A program made the position numbers and the translations under genes. A DNA stretch of 64,000 nucleotides from NCBI GenBank assembly GCA_976551045.1, contig CDPCPM010000011.1, forward strand, positions 15,190,001 to 15,254,000, read 5' to 3'. The notes under the pieces are model-generated. The model was not told the DNA's origin, ran no database searches, and saw only the letters and a list, made by a program, of their open reading frames with translations. Within the stretch, counting starts at the first letter, position 1; each line of letters opens with the position of its first letter. This stretch comes from Glaucostegus cemiculus (Eukaryota). Below are positions 38,286 through 51,540 of this stretch, in pieces.

Positions 38286-40574
38286 TCCATCAGATGATGC
38301 TTCCGGAGAATTCAAGCAAATCTGCATTATTTCTGGGATACGCTGATTGCTCTGATCAGAGTGAGACTAAAAGAAAAAGCCACTTTCCCTCTCTGCTTGT
38401 TCAGAAGAGTGTCGAAGAGATTAATCTTTAATTTTTGAACAACCCAGGAAGATTGGCAACCTAGTCATGTCCCACCTGAATCCACAGTTATTCTGCAACA
38501 TTTACACTGCTACAAAATGGAGATCACTGCTACACAAAGTCTTCATCAGACTGCTGCCTTGTTACCACTCCCTCTATTGCCCAATAGTCTGCAGTGCTTA
38601 ACATGTCATAATGGCTTGCAACTTGAAATGGGCAACTTTATTCTCCATGCTTCTCATTTGGAAAAGGATAGAACATATTGTGTGATAATAATTTTCCAAT
38701 CATGTTTCCAGCATAGAAGTACAATACCTACAACAGTATCAGCACAAACAGCTGGGCATCAATGAACACCCTACCTGAATTATTAGTTGTGCCCTATTTA
38801 TTTTTCAAAGCACTTTATTTCATTTAAAGCACCTTGATGAACTTCGCTGCACTAGCTGCTGCTATGTCGATATGCCCTAGATTGTTTTGCAAGGTGCAAC
38901 ATGAATTACGGATGACACAAGTCTAGCTCAAACTACACATCATTCCATCAGATAGCTCTGAAGGATAGCACAATGTGATTGGGAACTGGGGATTGCATGT
39001 AAATCTCTTGACATTTACTCAGTCTACAATCACAAGAAAAAACAGTAATAAAAATACAATATGCCAGGTCTTTGAATTAACTGAAAGTCCCACTGTGATG
39101 GTAATCCAACTTAAATGTTACTAAAATAAATCATAAAATATAATTGGCAAAAGCCTCTAAACTCAAAAGCATTTTATCTACATATTTTGTCACCATTTGG
39201 TAATAAATAAGCCTACTGACAATTAAATTAACTGTTCAATCAGCCTTTGCTGAATAATGTGTGACCCAATTCTATTTGCCACAGAAAACTATTCCACCAC
39301 TTGACCTTGATCGTTGACGATCTTCCTCATCATTTCTTTCAAGTGCTTCAAGCCAGAGTGCCCCTAAAGCTAATGAGAGAGTATAATTCTTCTTGCCAAC
39401 CTGTCTGTGCTTTTCAGCAATTTCTTAAGAAATTGACACAAGGCCAATTCTGCCAGGTTGATCCTTTCATTCTTATTTAATTTAAGTTGGTCTCCAGTGC
39501 CTTTGCATCCAATATCTCAAATGATATGTTGATTTATGTCTGCATTTTATTCTTCTGTTGTTAAAGTGAAGCTGTGCTTTAATTGGTCTTTAAGCCCACA
39601 AGGTCTGCCATTGTGATTAATCATCACTGAATTTCGTCAGAATTTATCTATAGTTTAATGAGGGAAATACAAGGATTGGATGGTACATTTTCAGATTCAC
39701 GTTGGGAAAAAAGTCTGAACTTGTAACCTTTCCCTTTCTCTTATACGTACATCACATAAAACAGTTACGCATGCTCTTCACGTTTGTCTTAGAAGGAACA
39801 GATTAGAAAATGACCAGTTCATAATTTAAATTAGTCAATTATAACATCCAAATTCTTTATCTTCTTGAAAATATACTCACATTTTTGAAGCTACATTTTC
39901 TCACTATGGAAAATAATGTTAGCTGTGTTTTAGAAGCATTAAGTTCTTTCACTCCTACATTGGAAACTTCCCTCATTGACTTGTCTTTGAATGGGTTCAG
40001 AATTTCATTGGTACATTCGGTTCTGAAGCCCAAATCTCCTGCAAGAATTGCCTCCCATTTTCTTCTCTTTTTCCTCTGACGATCCCCACTTGCTTCTTCT
40101 TCCATTTATTCAAACTTGAGTAATGATCCACAGGTGGCAACTTTTTATTGGAGGGCTCTTTGATGTAACAGATTTTACAGGCAAATGTATTCCTGTTTCC
40201 ACATGCGCCAACTTCCCTGTGGGCATTACTGGGCTTGCACTGACCTGGAATCTTTACTCTTGGTGAAAACACACATCCCACATTAATAAAATGTGCAACC
40301 CTCTCTCAGCCATCCCTGCCACTCGTGTACTCTGTGTTGAGAATGCAACTCAGCCTGAGCTTCACTCTATACTGTGCCAGTATTATTTTATCTACTATTC
40401 ACACAAGCTAAAAATATGGCTTCTCTGCATTCCACATCAATTCCTGAGGGTTATAATGCAAACCAGTTTTCTCATGTTAGACTAAAGAACGGATTACCTT
40501 ATTTCATGTAGGATATTTGTAATTGATAGACATCTGCATCCAAGCCAAATTCAAAGCCAGGACAGTAAGAGTGC

Positions 40575-41110
40575 ACAGAACATAGAACAGTACAGCACAG
40601 GAAAAGGCCCTTCAGTCCATGATGTCTATGTTGAGAATGATGCCAAATTAAACCAATCCCTTCTGCCTGCACACATCATCCATATCCCTCCATTCCCTGC
40701 ATATCCACATGCCTATCTAAATGCCTCTTGAATGCCACGATTGTATTTGCCTCCATTACAATCCCTGACAGCATGTTCCAGACCGCTCCCACTTGTTATG
40801 TAAAAAACTTAACCTGGGCATCCTCTTTAAACTTTCCCCCCTCTCACCTTAAAGCTATTCCCTCTAGTATTATACATTTTAATCCTGGGAGAAAGATACC
40901 AGCTGTCTGTCTATACCTCTCAAAATTTTATGAACTTCTATCAGATTTCCCCTTACCCTCCGAAGCTCCAGAGAAAACAATCCAAGTTTGATCAACTTCT
41001 CCTTATAGCTAATGCCCTCTAATCTAGGCAGCATCCTGGTAAACCTCTTCTGAACCCTCCTTAAAGCCTCCATATCCTTCCTGTAATGGGGCGACCAGAA
41101 CTGTATGCAC
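40575..41110 (-). mobile_element. CR1 LINE 3' part
   Basis: CIQFWSPHYRKDMEALRRVQKRFTRMLPRLEGISYKEKLIKLGLFSLELRRVRGNLIEVHKILRGIDR; agaacatagaac tail. Confidence 0.85.
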
Positions 41111-43302
41111 CACAAAAGCTTACGACATGTCCAAATTCAAAATACCTGCCATTTTATCAATAGATACACCCCAAATGAGTTTTTTTTTTAGGGAGAAGCA
41201 AAATGAGTTATTTCCTTTTCCTGTTAAACAAAATCAGAGCAAAGCTGCAAAGATAAAGATGGGATGCAATTTAACCACTGGCAGACAGGAAAATGGCATA
41301 GGAGTCAAGGTTTAAAAAAATGAAAATAGAAAGATGCAGGAGACACTACATTTTGGTCTAGCCAGCACTGGCTGTTCATGTCCAGCTTAAAATGAAAAAT
41401 AACAGCCGGTTGGGACTGTAACACAATCTCATGGCTCAAATGTTATCAAAAGACTACAAGTTTTTTCTTAAGTTTTGCACTAGTGGTTTACCACGTTAAC
41501 AGAACCCCTCAATTGTAATGCAGTCTTTTAATGTCCCAAAGGTAACTGCACATAAACAAAGATAATCCAAGGTGAAGAAAGAATAAAAGATTAGATAGGT
41601 TAATTAGAAAGTACTGTTTCTGGTACTTGAGTGTGAATGTTGTCAGTGCTGCTGTAGAGAAAGTCTTTGTCTTTTGTTGGCTTTATTAGACCTGCATGAA
41701 ATGAGGCGGAAGAGTTTTGACACACTTTATAATGGGCACAATAAGAACTGTATCTTATTTGGAAGCTACATTTGTAAATGACAATGAGCAGTACTGTTTA
41801 TCATGATGTAGTTTTGAAAACTGAAGAATCCTTTGTAAGTGATGCAGCGATACTCTAGATCCAAAGCTCTAAATTAACTTTCTTTTGACATCTAGCTAAA
41901 TCAAGATACCTGTGTGTCTTCACTGATGGCAAAGGGCACATTATTATATTGACCATACTGTGGGACATCAGGAAAATCTTTCTTAACTGACAACCTGAAT
42001 AAGCTATACTTTGCAAAAGCAAGGCACGGCAATTTATTTTGATTTTTGTGCCCTTTTGGATAAGATAAAGTGTGCTGCTCAACCTCGAGAAACAAGTTTT
42101 TTTTATGATTTGGCCCGAGCGTCTGTGCTGAGAGTTCAGAGGCACTGTTGTTCTCAGGCTGTGGATGGTGACAGACCTGAACATCACTTTGTTATCATAG
42201 CCAGGAACTCGGACTCTTTGATATTAACAGCACTGAGATATGGCAGGTAGGAGAGCAAGGTGGTGGGTACACCGTATCCTGGAGGGATAACCTTGAACAG
42301 GAACAGGATGAATCCCCATCATTAAGTATGAGCTAGTCTGGTGTCTCAATGACTCCATCAGTGTAGGCAGTGAATGCCTCATGGTGCTCCAGCCCATTCT
42401 AACACTAAGCCAGCACACTACAATCATCAGAACATACTGTAAGCCCCCACACCAGAAGCTGTAAATTAAGCCAAAGAGAACTTCCATTCCAACCAGGAAA
42501 AAGAGTCTCAGCCCACATCCCAACTGATCTTCCTGAGTGACTTCAGTATCATCGTGGGAAAATTATAACTTGACAAGGAGAACTTAGGGAAGGCCAACTC
42601 CAACTGGATCTGTGACCTGACAAAATGCTTGGAACATAGTCCTGTCAGAGCCAACACTCTGAGGGACAAAAACAAGACCCATGGCGACACCCTCACTCCA
42701 GGCACTGACAGCACTAAGATTTCTAAGAAAGAGATCACAAAGGATGTCCCCATCACCTGCACAGGATGGGCACCAATGACTGCTGGACTGAACAATCTGA
42801 TGGCTCCCAGCCAACAGCAGCTTCTGAATGATGAACAGCATGATTATGTGAAAAAGACTCTTAGCTTCTCTATCAGAAAGAACTGAGGTTGGTTTGATGA
42901 GAATGACTGGGAGATCCAGAAGCCAATTAACCAGAAATACAAGGCAATCCTTAAAGTTCCTCCACACCTCAAGGGGAAAATAACTAGCTCTACCGGGCAC
43001 CTGCAAGATCCAGTAGAAATCCCAAGCAGTAAAGAACAGATGGTGGGTGGAACGAACAAGAGCACAGGAGATCCGGTAACTCACTGACAGCCCCATTGTA
43101 CTCAATTTCTTCAGTGTTGTCAAAAGCACCTATGGCACAAATACTGAAGGCTCCACTCTGCCAAGGGACAAGAATGGAGATAAACCTATCAAGAATAAAG
43201 GAGCAGTCAGCATTCACTTGAAGGCCTCCTCTACCAGAACTCTGTCCTTTGACTCTATCACACAACAACATACCACACCTGGCGGACAAGAAGTCGTAAA
43301 AG

Positions 43303-43448
43303 TCCCTCCCCTCCACCTTTTCATACTGGACATCTCCCCTCTATCTTCCAGTCCAGATGAAGGGTCTCAACCCAAAATGTCAAATGTCCATTTCCCTCCA
43401 TAGATGCTGCCTGACCCGCTGAGCTCCCCCAGCACTTTGTGTGTTGCT
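43303..43448 (+). mobile_element. 146-bp Penelope-derived hammerhead-bearing insertion with 16-bp TSD
   Basis: CAAGAAGTCGTAAAAG at both 43287-43302 and 43449-43464; internal AGTC-CAGATGA-A-GGGT-CTCA-ACCC-AAAA-TGT-C-AAAT (43350-43385). Confidence 0.85.
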
Positions 43449-43962
43449 CAAGAAGTCGTAAAAGCCGTATGCCAAAAAGGCCTCAGGAACAGATGGTATC
43501 CCTGCTGAAACTCCAAAACCTGGCAGAGAGAAACTTCATCACGAATCCAAAACCCCAATGCCCACAAGGGAAAATGGAGCATATGCCAGAGACACTGTAG
43601 TAACGACTACCTGTCAGAAAGGTGACACAATTGACTGAGGTAAATGCAAGGGGTCTCTCTGCTGTCTGCCACATAGAAATTCATCACCATGACCCTCCTC
43701 AGCCACTTCCTCCCCGTGGCTGAAGGGCTGCTCCCTGAATCCCAGAGTGGATTCTGTCCATCTAGAAGCACGGTGGACATTATCTTCACCACAAGTGCAG
43801 GGAGTAGCATCAACCACTAGATGTGGCGTTACTTGACCTAACTAAAGTCTTTGACTCTGTCACCAACCATGGACTGGGAAGCATTCTCCTCAAAATAGAT
43901 TGCTCATAGGAATTCATCCCTATCTTACATTTGGTTCATTATGTCATACGAGCCATGGTCAC

Positions 43963-44009
43963 AGCCAAATGGTCTAAAATGGAGCCAAATGGTCTAAAAC
44001 AGAGCCAAC
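43963..44009 (+). repeat. 20-bp tandem duplication (about 2.3 copies) inside the RTE
   Basis: agccaaatggtctaaaatgg / agccaaatggtctaaaacag / agccaac. Confidence 0.85.
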
Positions 44010-44544
44010 ATCAATGACACTGTCCAACCAATGTCACCTCCAGGTCAGAATCCAGGTCAATTCAGCCTCAGCGGTCAAGTTCATGATGATGTCCACAGAC
44101 AGATGATGCTCGAGTACATGCACATTCAAGGTCAAGCTCCAAGTCACCAGTGACTTATTCATTGAAGTACTTGAGAGCTTGGGCCTTGCATTCAAATCCA
44201 AAAAAACAAGCCAACCCCCCAACCAACCCCTGCCACAACACACCACCCTGCAGCAACAAGGGCCCACCAGGAAACACTAGGGAATATGGACTACCTCCCA
44301 TATCTGGGCGCCACCTCTCAGTGATTTGTAATCCCTTCCCTCACATATGTTTTTAAGTCTTGGACAACCTATTGCAGAAACCTCAAGGCACTGGAAAGGT
44401 ACCACAATGCTGTCTCCACAAAATCCTCCAAATTCACTGGCACAGTAAATAAACTAACATCAGGCTCTACCAGGCCAACGTTCCCAGCACTGAGAACTTA
44501 ATTACATTCACTCAGCTCTGTTGAACAGATCACATTGTTTTCAA

Positions 44545-45180
44545 GAAAGCATTGAGATTTTGCCTGGCTGTTGGTGAGAAGGAAGGATATTCCTGTCATT
44601 TCCTTCTTGCAGAGCTGCCCCTGAGGTGCCTGCAATGGTATTGAGACTGCCATCACCACCTTCTGGAATGTCACTTTACCAAGAAGGTCTGAAAAGTAAT
44701 GCAGTGGTCTTTGTCAAAATTCACTTGAACTGCTACATAACACAGCACTATGTGCTCTACAGGCTGTTCCCAATGACATGCAAAGAGACACACATCAACT
44801 GCGGCTGGAAGGTTATTAACATGGTGCAAGATGCCCTCTGGACTACGTAAAGTTTACTGATCCTCCAGTTAAGCAGCTGCCATAACAGAAAGTTACAAAC
44901 AGCCACATTCCAAGTCCAGGATTATGTACTGAGGGATGCACTGATGCAGCTCCACTTTGAGGCCCTCCTGCAATGCACACTGAGGGGCTGGAACCTGTAT
45001 AAAAACCTCTTGGAATGATCACTCAATGAATATAAGTGAAAGAAAAATTGGACTCATGCTGTTATTGTGCAAATCTTGTCAGTAAAAGGAATAATATGTC
45101 CAATACAAGGAAAGGTGACATATGAATGCACTGTAATATATATTTGCAAATATTATTAATAAAATATATTTTGGTAAAAT
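44545..45180 (+). mobile_element. Tx1/L1-like LINE 3' end
   Basis: ITQHYVLYRLFPMTCKETHINCGWKVINMVQDALW...HSKVQDYVLRDAL, then an AT-rich 3' UTR ending aataaaatatattttgg. Confidence 0.6.
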
Positions 45181-47537
45181 ATATTATCCTAATTTGTGAC
45201 ATGATGTAACACATTTTCATACCTTAAAAGAGAAGACAGCCAATGAAGTATTTAGTAAACAAATTGCTTACTTTTATACGGGCCCTAAAGTGCAAAGTAA
45301 TTATACCTCACTGTTAAAGATACTGGTGATAGCAATTGCATCTGTTGCTAAATTGTGCAGCTAATTATAGAGACAGATGGATACAAAGATTCATGAATTC
45401 ATTATAACTATAGAATTACATTGGTGCTATTTGCAGGTCATAATATGAAACAGTTGAATGTCATTCTACAAAGTTTACAAGAACCTTGAGAAACAATCTC
45501 TTGCCTTCCTACTACGAAGTTTGTCTCATTCCTTATTAATGCTGTATCTATAATATCCTTTACTCTCTGTTAGGAAGTGCCAATGATATACATTTCCACT
45601 GATGTATGATGGAAACAAACACCTCAGATCACTATGCTAGTAAGATTGTCTGCATCGTCATGGCTATTGAAGCTTTTCCATGTGCCCTTTTCTACCCTCC
45701 TGTCCCATCCCACTTAAGCAATCTATACTAGTCTGTGCCTCATATTATTATTTATATTCTTTCATTAGGCCATTTTATATTTTCAGATCTAACTTCAATC
45801 CTCATCATTAGCTTAAACATGACTGCATATAAATTAGGATTTAAAAAACATATTTACCCAGCCCACAATTAATCCCTTGATCCAATTTTGAACGCCGCCT
45901 TTGACAAACCTGACAAGCCCTGATAAAAGAAAGCACCAAACCATACTTCTTTCTGTTCAATTCATCTGTTAATTTTTTTTTTACTTTACTTTGATTCCAT
46001 GCTCCAAAGTACATTACTGAGAAAAGTTTCCTCCCACGGTTAACTGCCACGCATCACGGTATAACTCAGACGTTCACCCTGTGCCTGCTGTCTGTTAGTG
46101 ACAATGTCAGCCACTGTGACTAATTTCTGTAATCCATCAATTAACACACATGACAACTTGATGACCACATTCAAAAGAAGAATCCGATAAGTGAAAAGCA
46201 ATTAAATTTTACTTTAAAGTGCCAAAATTATGCTTCATCATTAGTACTCCAAGCTGCTTCTGATTTACTGTCAAATGAAACAGAAATTATTTAAAGAGCC
46301 ATTTTTGTCATTCTGTTCCAGACAAACTACTATTATCCATGGTAGGAAGGTACCAGGACAGAATCTAACCCCTTTATAATTACAGCCAGGGGACCTTCAC
46401 AGATAACTGGTTGAAATAATAAATGCAATTCCTTTGGGTTTGTTCCAAAGCAAGCTGGAAAAGGTTTGTAATTCATTTTAAAGTGTCCCTGATTCAACAC
46501 TAAATAAAACCTGTAATGAGTTTTTCTAATGGACTGACCTGAGGCAAGACAAAACATAAACTAATGACAGCATTTACAATCCATCTAAACAAGTAACCAT
46601 TTTACCATCCTGGTTACGTTTGTAGTCTGAGTACATTGCATCAGATATTTGTTTGAATGCTTATTTGGTGTGGAATAACTGAAAGCCAGGGAGGAGGTGG
46701 GGAAGCCTCCTCTCTTCACTCTGTAGACTGGAATAAAGAGCACATTTTCAAAAAAATTGCAGGGGTTTAAGAATTCTGTTTTTCATTGTGAATGGGAAAC
46801 ATTCTTTCCATAATGTGCAACCAGTTCAGAAACAGCTGAAATTTGCTTTAAATACAAATTTAAAGTAGTTATATTTCAGGGTAGATTCACATCACCCACT
46901 GACAATAGTGCAATCAACTGTCCACCTTGTGAAATTATTGCTTTAGTAGTATCAGATCAATTCAATCTGTAACACTCTAGATTGTGAGTTAGAAGAACAT
47001 TGAGTCAAATCTTGCATTTCTTGCAAATTCTCCCAACCTAAGACCAGGATTTTGGAGCAACGTCACTTCCAATGTATTAACACTTTAGAACTCTCCAGTT
47101 AGTAAAATTGTAGAGTACTTTGCAGGACAGGCAGTGCCCATTCATATAATGACAGTTCCAGTGTTTCTGGGAAAACGATTGCTTATTTGTTAGTTGTTTA
47201 AACATTACATTGTTATAGTGCAAAGGAAATGAGGTATAAGACAATGGTTAATTTCAGCAACATGCCCCCACAACAACAGCCCCCAATGCTCATCATTTCA
47301 ACATTTAACTTGGAGCAGGGTAACAGTTGCTTAACAGAGACCTGTTTTGTTCTCTCTGATTTATAGTCATATATTTAGCCTTACTGCTTGTACAAAAGAT
47401 AAACAGAGACCAACAGCAACTTAAGATACTCTCTAATGTGTGACTTATTGGATGTCATGGCAAAAGGGCTTGTTATTGATAGAATATCTGGCCATCTAGA
47501 GTAGAGAAGGCTTATCATTTGATGCCAGTGAACTCAC

Positions 47538-47777
47538 CTGAAAGATATTGGACAGATCTCGCAGGTTAAAGATGTAATGAAATTTGATGGCTGTTGGCAA
47601 GAACGTGGAAGCCACCTTACTGTGCAGGGCGAGTGCCAGGTTGATGAGCTGTTGTGTCGATTTTTGCAATGGCACTGCAAAGTTATTAAGTTTGAGGTGC
47701 TGGCCAAGAATGGTACTGTAGATTGTAGCAAGTGCATCTGTGCCAGGAAACGATAGGGCAAACACACAGAAGTGGCG
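47538..47777 (-). CDS. DNAH9: Dynein heavy chain exon D (240 nt), AAA3 lid
   Basis: ttgcag|CGCCAC...TTTCAG|gtgag; RHFCVFALSFPGTDALATIY...FLPTAIKFHYIFNLRDLSNIFQ; phase 0 to 0. Confidence 0.96.
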
Positions 47778-49367
47778 CTGCAATTAAAAAATAAGATACC
47801 TTCAGTCATGCATAAAAAAGTACATTTCTATACTATAGATACAGCTACACTCCAAAATAATAAGTACTGTATAAAAATGAGATGAATAAGAGGAACTTAA
47901 ATCCTGATTTTAAAACCAATGCTTTAAAACCCCAAACTGTTATTTTATATCATATATGTTCTTATGGACAAGATTCAATAAATGGAAAACTCTTGGGCAT
48001 CTGTGCTGATTGTCAGTTAGTGCCTGATTAATGCTAATATCCTTGTTATTAAAGGTTGGCAATGTACAACACATGATGGTTCAATTTACAAAGAGTAATA
48101 AAGAACCAACACCTTCCATTCCTAAAACCTCAATTATTTGGGTTATGCAAATCACAAGTGTACTAAATATGACCCCTTCCCCAAAATCCAATGCAACCAC
48201 TTTGAATAGACTTAACCAGTAAGTGCAAACACTGATCCCAGTCTTCAGCTGGACTGGAAGAACAAGGGACTCGTCAGTGATAATCAACCAATGAATAGTG
48301 GTTTAGAAGTCAGTTGAAACGAGAACATCTGGATTGCCTTCATGGCTAAAAAGACTTCTGACATACAGAGAATTATCATAAAGGCTGTCACCTCCAATGA
48401 AACTAAACTCAACAAGAGCCTCAGAGAGAGAGGAGCAGCAAACATTTGTACTGCTAATCTAGCAAAGAAAAAAAATCATCTATCTGCAAGTAATCTGCAA
48501 AATCCATCTCATTTTCAGAAAGTAAAAATATATTGGGATATTTATGAAGATTAGAAAGTAGAATCATAGTACTGGAGAAAGCCAATAGTAACTATGACTA
48601 AAGTATCCATAGAACAATGGACACACCATTCCTGAACACTGCAGAATCTCTCGAAGTCATCAAACTAGTTATTGGCTTTTTGTTTTACTATTTCCAGTTA
48701 AAGTGTCAGACACTAATATCCTACCCAGCTAACTAGAGGTAAAACTAATCTTTAATCTGCTCCAATCAAATGCAATAGAGTTCAAATGAAAGGCCAACTA
48801 CCTGCAATGTTAAACTGGATTACACAGAAGGTTAGCCAGTGGTTCTGCAAAGCTCTTCAGCTTTACACCACCACTAGCTGGTTCACTGAGCACAGCCCTA
48901 TTCATTTGGAATCATTGACCTTCTTTAAGGTTAAGTGGATAAATGTTTTTTTTAAATGTCAATTAGTATCATTTTTTATTAGCAGCAACAATTTAATGTT
49001 TACATGAATTTATTATTTTGTGTATTTATTTTAAACTATGTTTAATTATTTATATTTTATTCAACTGTTTCTACTGTCTCTGATCTTCAGTGACATTTGA
49101 AAATAATGAAAAGGCCCAACAGCACGAGCTGTCAGAAAACCATCAGCGAAGTCTGTAATGGGCTTCTAACAGGTTGGTAAGCCAATAGTTAAGGCTACCT
49201 GTGACTCTGCCACTACTTGTGGAACGCTCCTCTTCTCAGCATGACCACAGCAGCAAAGCTGCCAGTATATTATGAGTGGTGGAGTTACTGGTGGGAAGTG
49301 CGATCACAGGGCTAGTGTGGAGGGATGTCCCCAAGCAGGCTCCAGCACAACCTATCTTATTATCTTT

Positions 49368-49432
49368 CCCATGTGCTCCCTTCACAGATGCTGCTGGAAC
49401 TGCTGAGCATTTCCAAGCATATTCTATTTTTA
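49368..49432 (+). mobile_element. Penelope-derived repeat fragment
   Basis: cttcacagatgctgctggaactgctgagcatttccaagcatattctattttt. Confidence 0.5.
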
Positions 49433-50800
49433 AAGTATCAATCACGTCAGAAGTGCCCAATCAAGAGCATGATTTAAAGGTTTGTTTCAACTGTTGGTGA
49501 AACACAGAGTGATTTTGCCCTCATTTTTGGCATTTACTGACACTGTTTAAGACACGTATTACTCTGCTTGTTTGTAAAGAAAGATAATTAGTGTACCAGT
49601 ACGCCCAAGAATTGAATCCCAAAACACTGCTAAGAACCCAGAAAATGCTCAGCAATAAACCCCAATTCTGATCTGTTCCACCAGATAAACTAATGGCCCT
49701 CATTACTATCTCTGTAGTTTCATTCTGTTCAATCAGTTTCACTGTTAAATAAGCAAAACATCAGCAGTTTGTGATAAGACATTTGTAAAATAAGGAGACC
49801 TCACTATGTAATTTATAGCATAGTTGTTAAGGGGATGGAACAGTAGTTCTTCCTGCAGGACTAATACGAGGCCAATTGTTGCTGGTACATTACAGCAGTT
49901 CAGCAGAGAACTTGTTTATCTCTGCAAGTGCAAGCAAGCTGGAGACTTCAGAATATACACATCCAAATAGGGAAGTCCCAAACTCAATGCCAGATTCCAA
50001 TTGGTATATCTGTCTGTATTCTGCATGGCATCTAACAGTGGAGATAGTTGCTGATGTTCGGCAGACTTGGATTGAGAACATTTCACATTTCCTGAGCAAG
50101 GATAGATCCCTCATTTAACCCATGAGTTTATTTTATTTTAATGGGGACTTTACAACTATGAAGAAGAAAGGTAAGAATATGGAAAATTACATGTTTTAAT
50201 TATTGCACCCACAGTAATATTTCTAATTATATAAAAATGTTTTGGTGAGTACAGTTTTTTCTTGTATTTCAAAACAAAAAAAATCTTTATAACATTTTAA
50301 TTCCTTACATTTGAGAATTTGTGTACATCCACGAATGCAAAGCACATTCTAAAGCAGCACAAGTGCCAGCTTTGGAGGCAGTATCTGCCTTGGTCTATCT
50401 ATGTGACCGAATCATGGTCACAAAGTATTGGTGCCTCACCAATTACATCCAGGACTCCCCAGACAGAAAATTTGGCCCATGAGATCCACAGCTGATATGT
50501 ACAAAGGGGAATCCAAACTCGGAGTGTCTGCAGTAAGCCCACTCAGAAAATCTTGTCAAATGAGGTGAAACCTGTCTATGTTTAATATTTATGTTAGAAT
50601 TATGAAGCTAAAAACTAATTTGTAAACATTACGATCCAGGTTGACCTGGACAATGCTTTTTTCATTATTTTCAACTGTAATTATCTTGCCTTTCCTCTCT
50701 TCACTGTGGTTGACAGATAGAAAGTTTTGGACTACAACAAGAGAAAGGTGGTCAAGCAAGTCGGCCAGAAAAATGGCAAATTTAACTTAATCCAGAGAAT

Positions 50801-51140
50801 TAGTGGTGCTACTGTCTCAAAACTTCAGCAACCCAGGTTCAATCCTGATCTCCAGTGCTGTCTGCATGGAGTTTGCACGGTCTCCCTGTGACTACATGGG
50901 TTCCTTCTGGGTGCTTTGACGTTTTCCCATATTCCAACGTCGCAAAAATTGGCCACGGTAAGTTTCCCCTGTTGAGTAAGTGAGTGCTAAAATCAGAGGG
51001 GGAAGGGCTTAAATTGATGGGTAGTGAAAGAATAAAATAGGTTAGGGTAGGATTAGTGTAAAAATGGGTGACTGACAGTCAGCACAGGCTCAGTGGTTGA
51101 AGGGTCTGTTTCCGAGCTGTTTCCTTACTCTATAACTCTA
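50801..51140 (+). mobile_element. HE1-like V-SINE with CR1-type tail
   Basis: B-box GGTTCAATCC, V-domain tggagtttgcacggtctccctgtgac, tail ggttgaagggtctgtttccgagctgt...ctctataactcta. Confidence 0.8.
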
Positions 51141-51540
51141 AGTGTGAGGTAATTAATTTGAGAAGATGTGACAAGGTCAGGGAACATTCTATAAATTGGA
51201 GGACACAAAATGTATGGTGGAACAGAGGTATTTTGAAGTATATGTCCGCAGATCCTTAGAGTTGACAGGAGGTGTTTAACAAGGTATTTGGGACCACAGA
51301 AGACGAGAGCTGGGAAATATTGGTCAGACCCTAAAAACACAAGTTAGATCATACCTTCAATTCTGCACACAGTTCTCGTCACCACAATACAGGAGAAAAG
51401 TGATTGTGCTGGAGAGGTTACTGAGGAGACTTACCCTTTGCCTGGGCTAGAAAAGTATAGTTGTGAGGGAAGAATTGGATAGACTTGGGTTGTTTTCTTT
51501 AGAACAGAGGCAGCCTAGGGGAAACTTAATTGCGTTGTAC

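Larger units (their letters stand above)
42070..44540 (+). mobile_element. RTE-clade LINE, long decayed copy (APE endonuclease plus RT), antisense to DNAH9
   Basis: DRPEHHFVIIAR...EQGGGYTVSWRD (endonuclease N-terminus), NQGWFDENDWEIQK, ASGTDGIPAE, AEGLLPESQSGFCPSRSTVDIIFT; many frameshifts. Confidence 0.8.

Noticed and set aside
42584-43129. Longest ORF (181 aa, minus)
   Set aside because: It is the antisense reading of the decayed plus-strand RTE element and has no recognisable motif.
43963-44009. CRISPR-like or functional repeat array
   Set aside because: Only about 2.3 adjacent copies with no spacers, inside a dead LINE in a vertebrate intron; a local slippage duplication. The ttgaataagtaa repeat at about 54471-54495 is the same kind.
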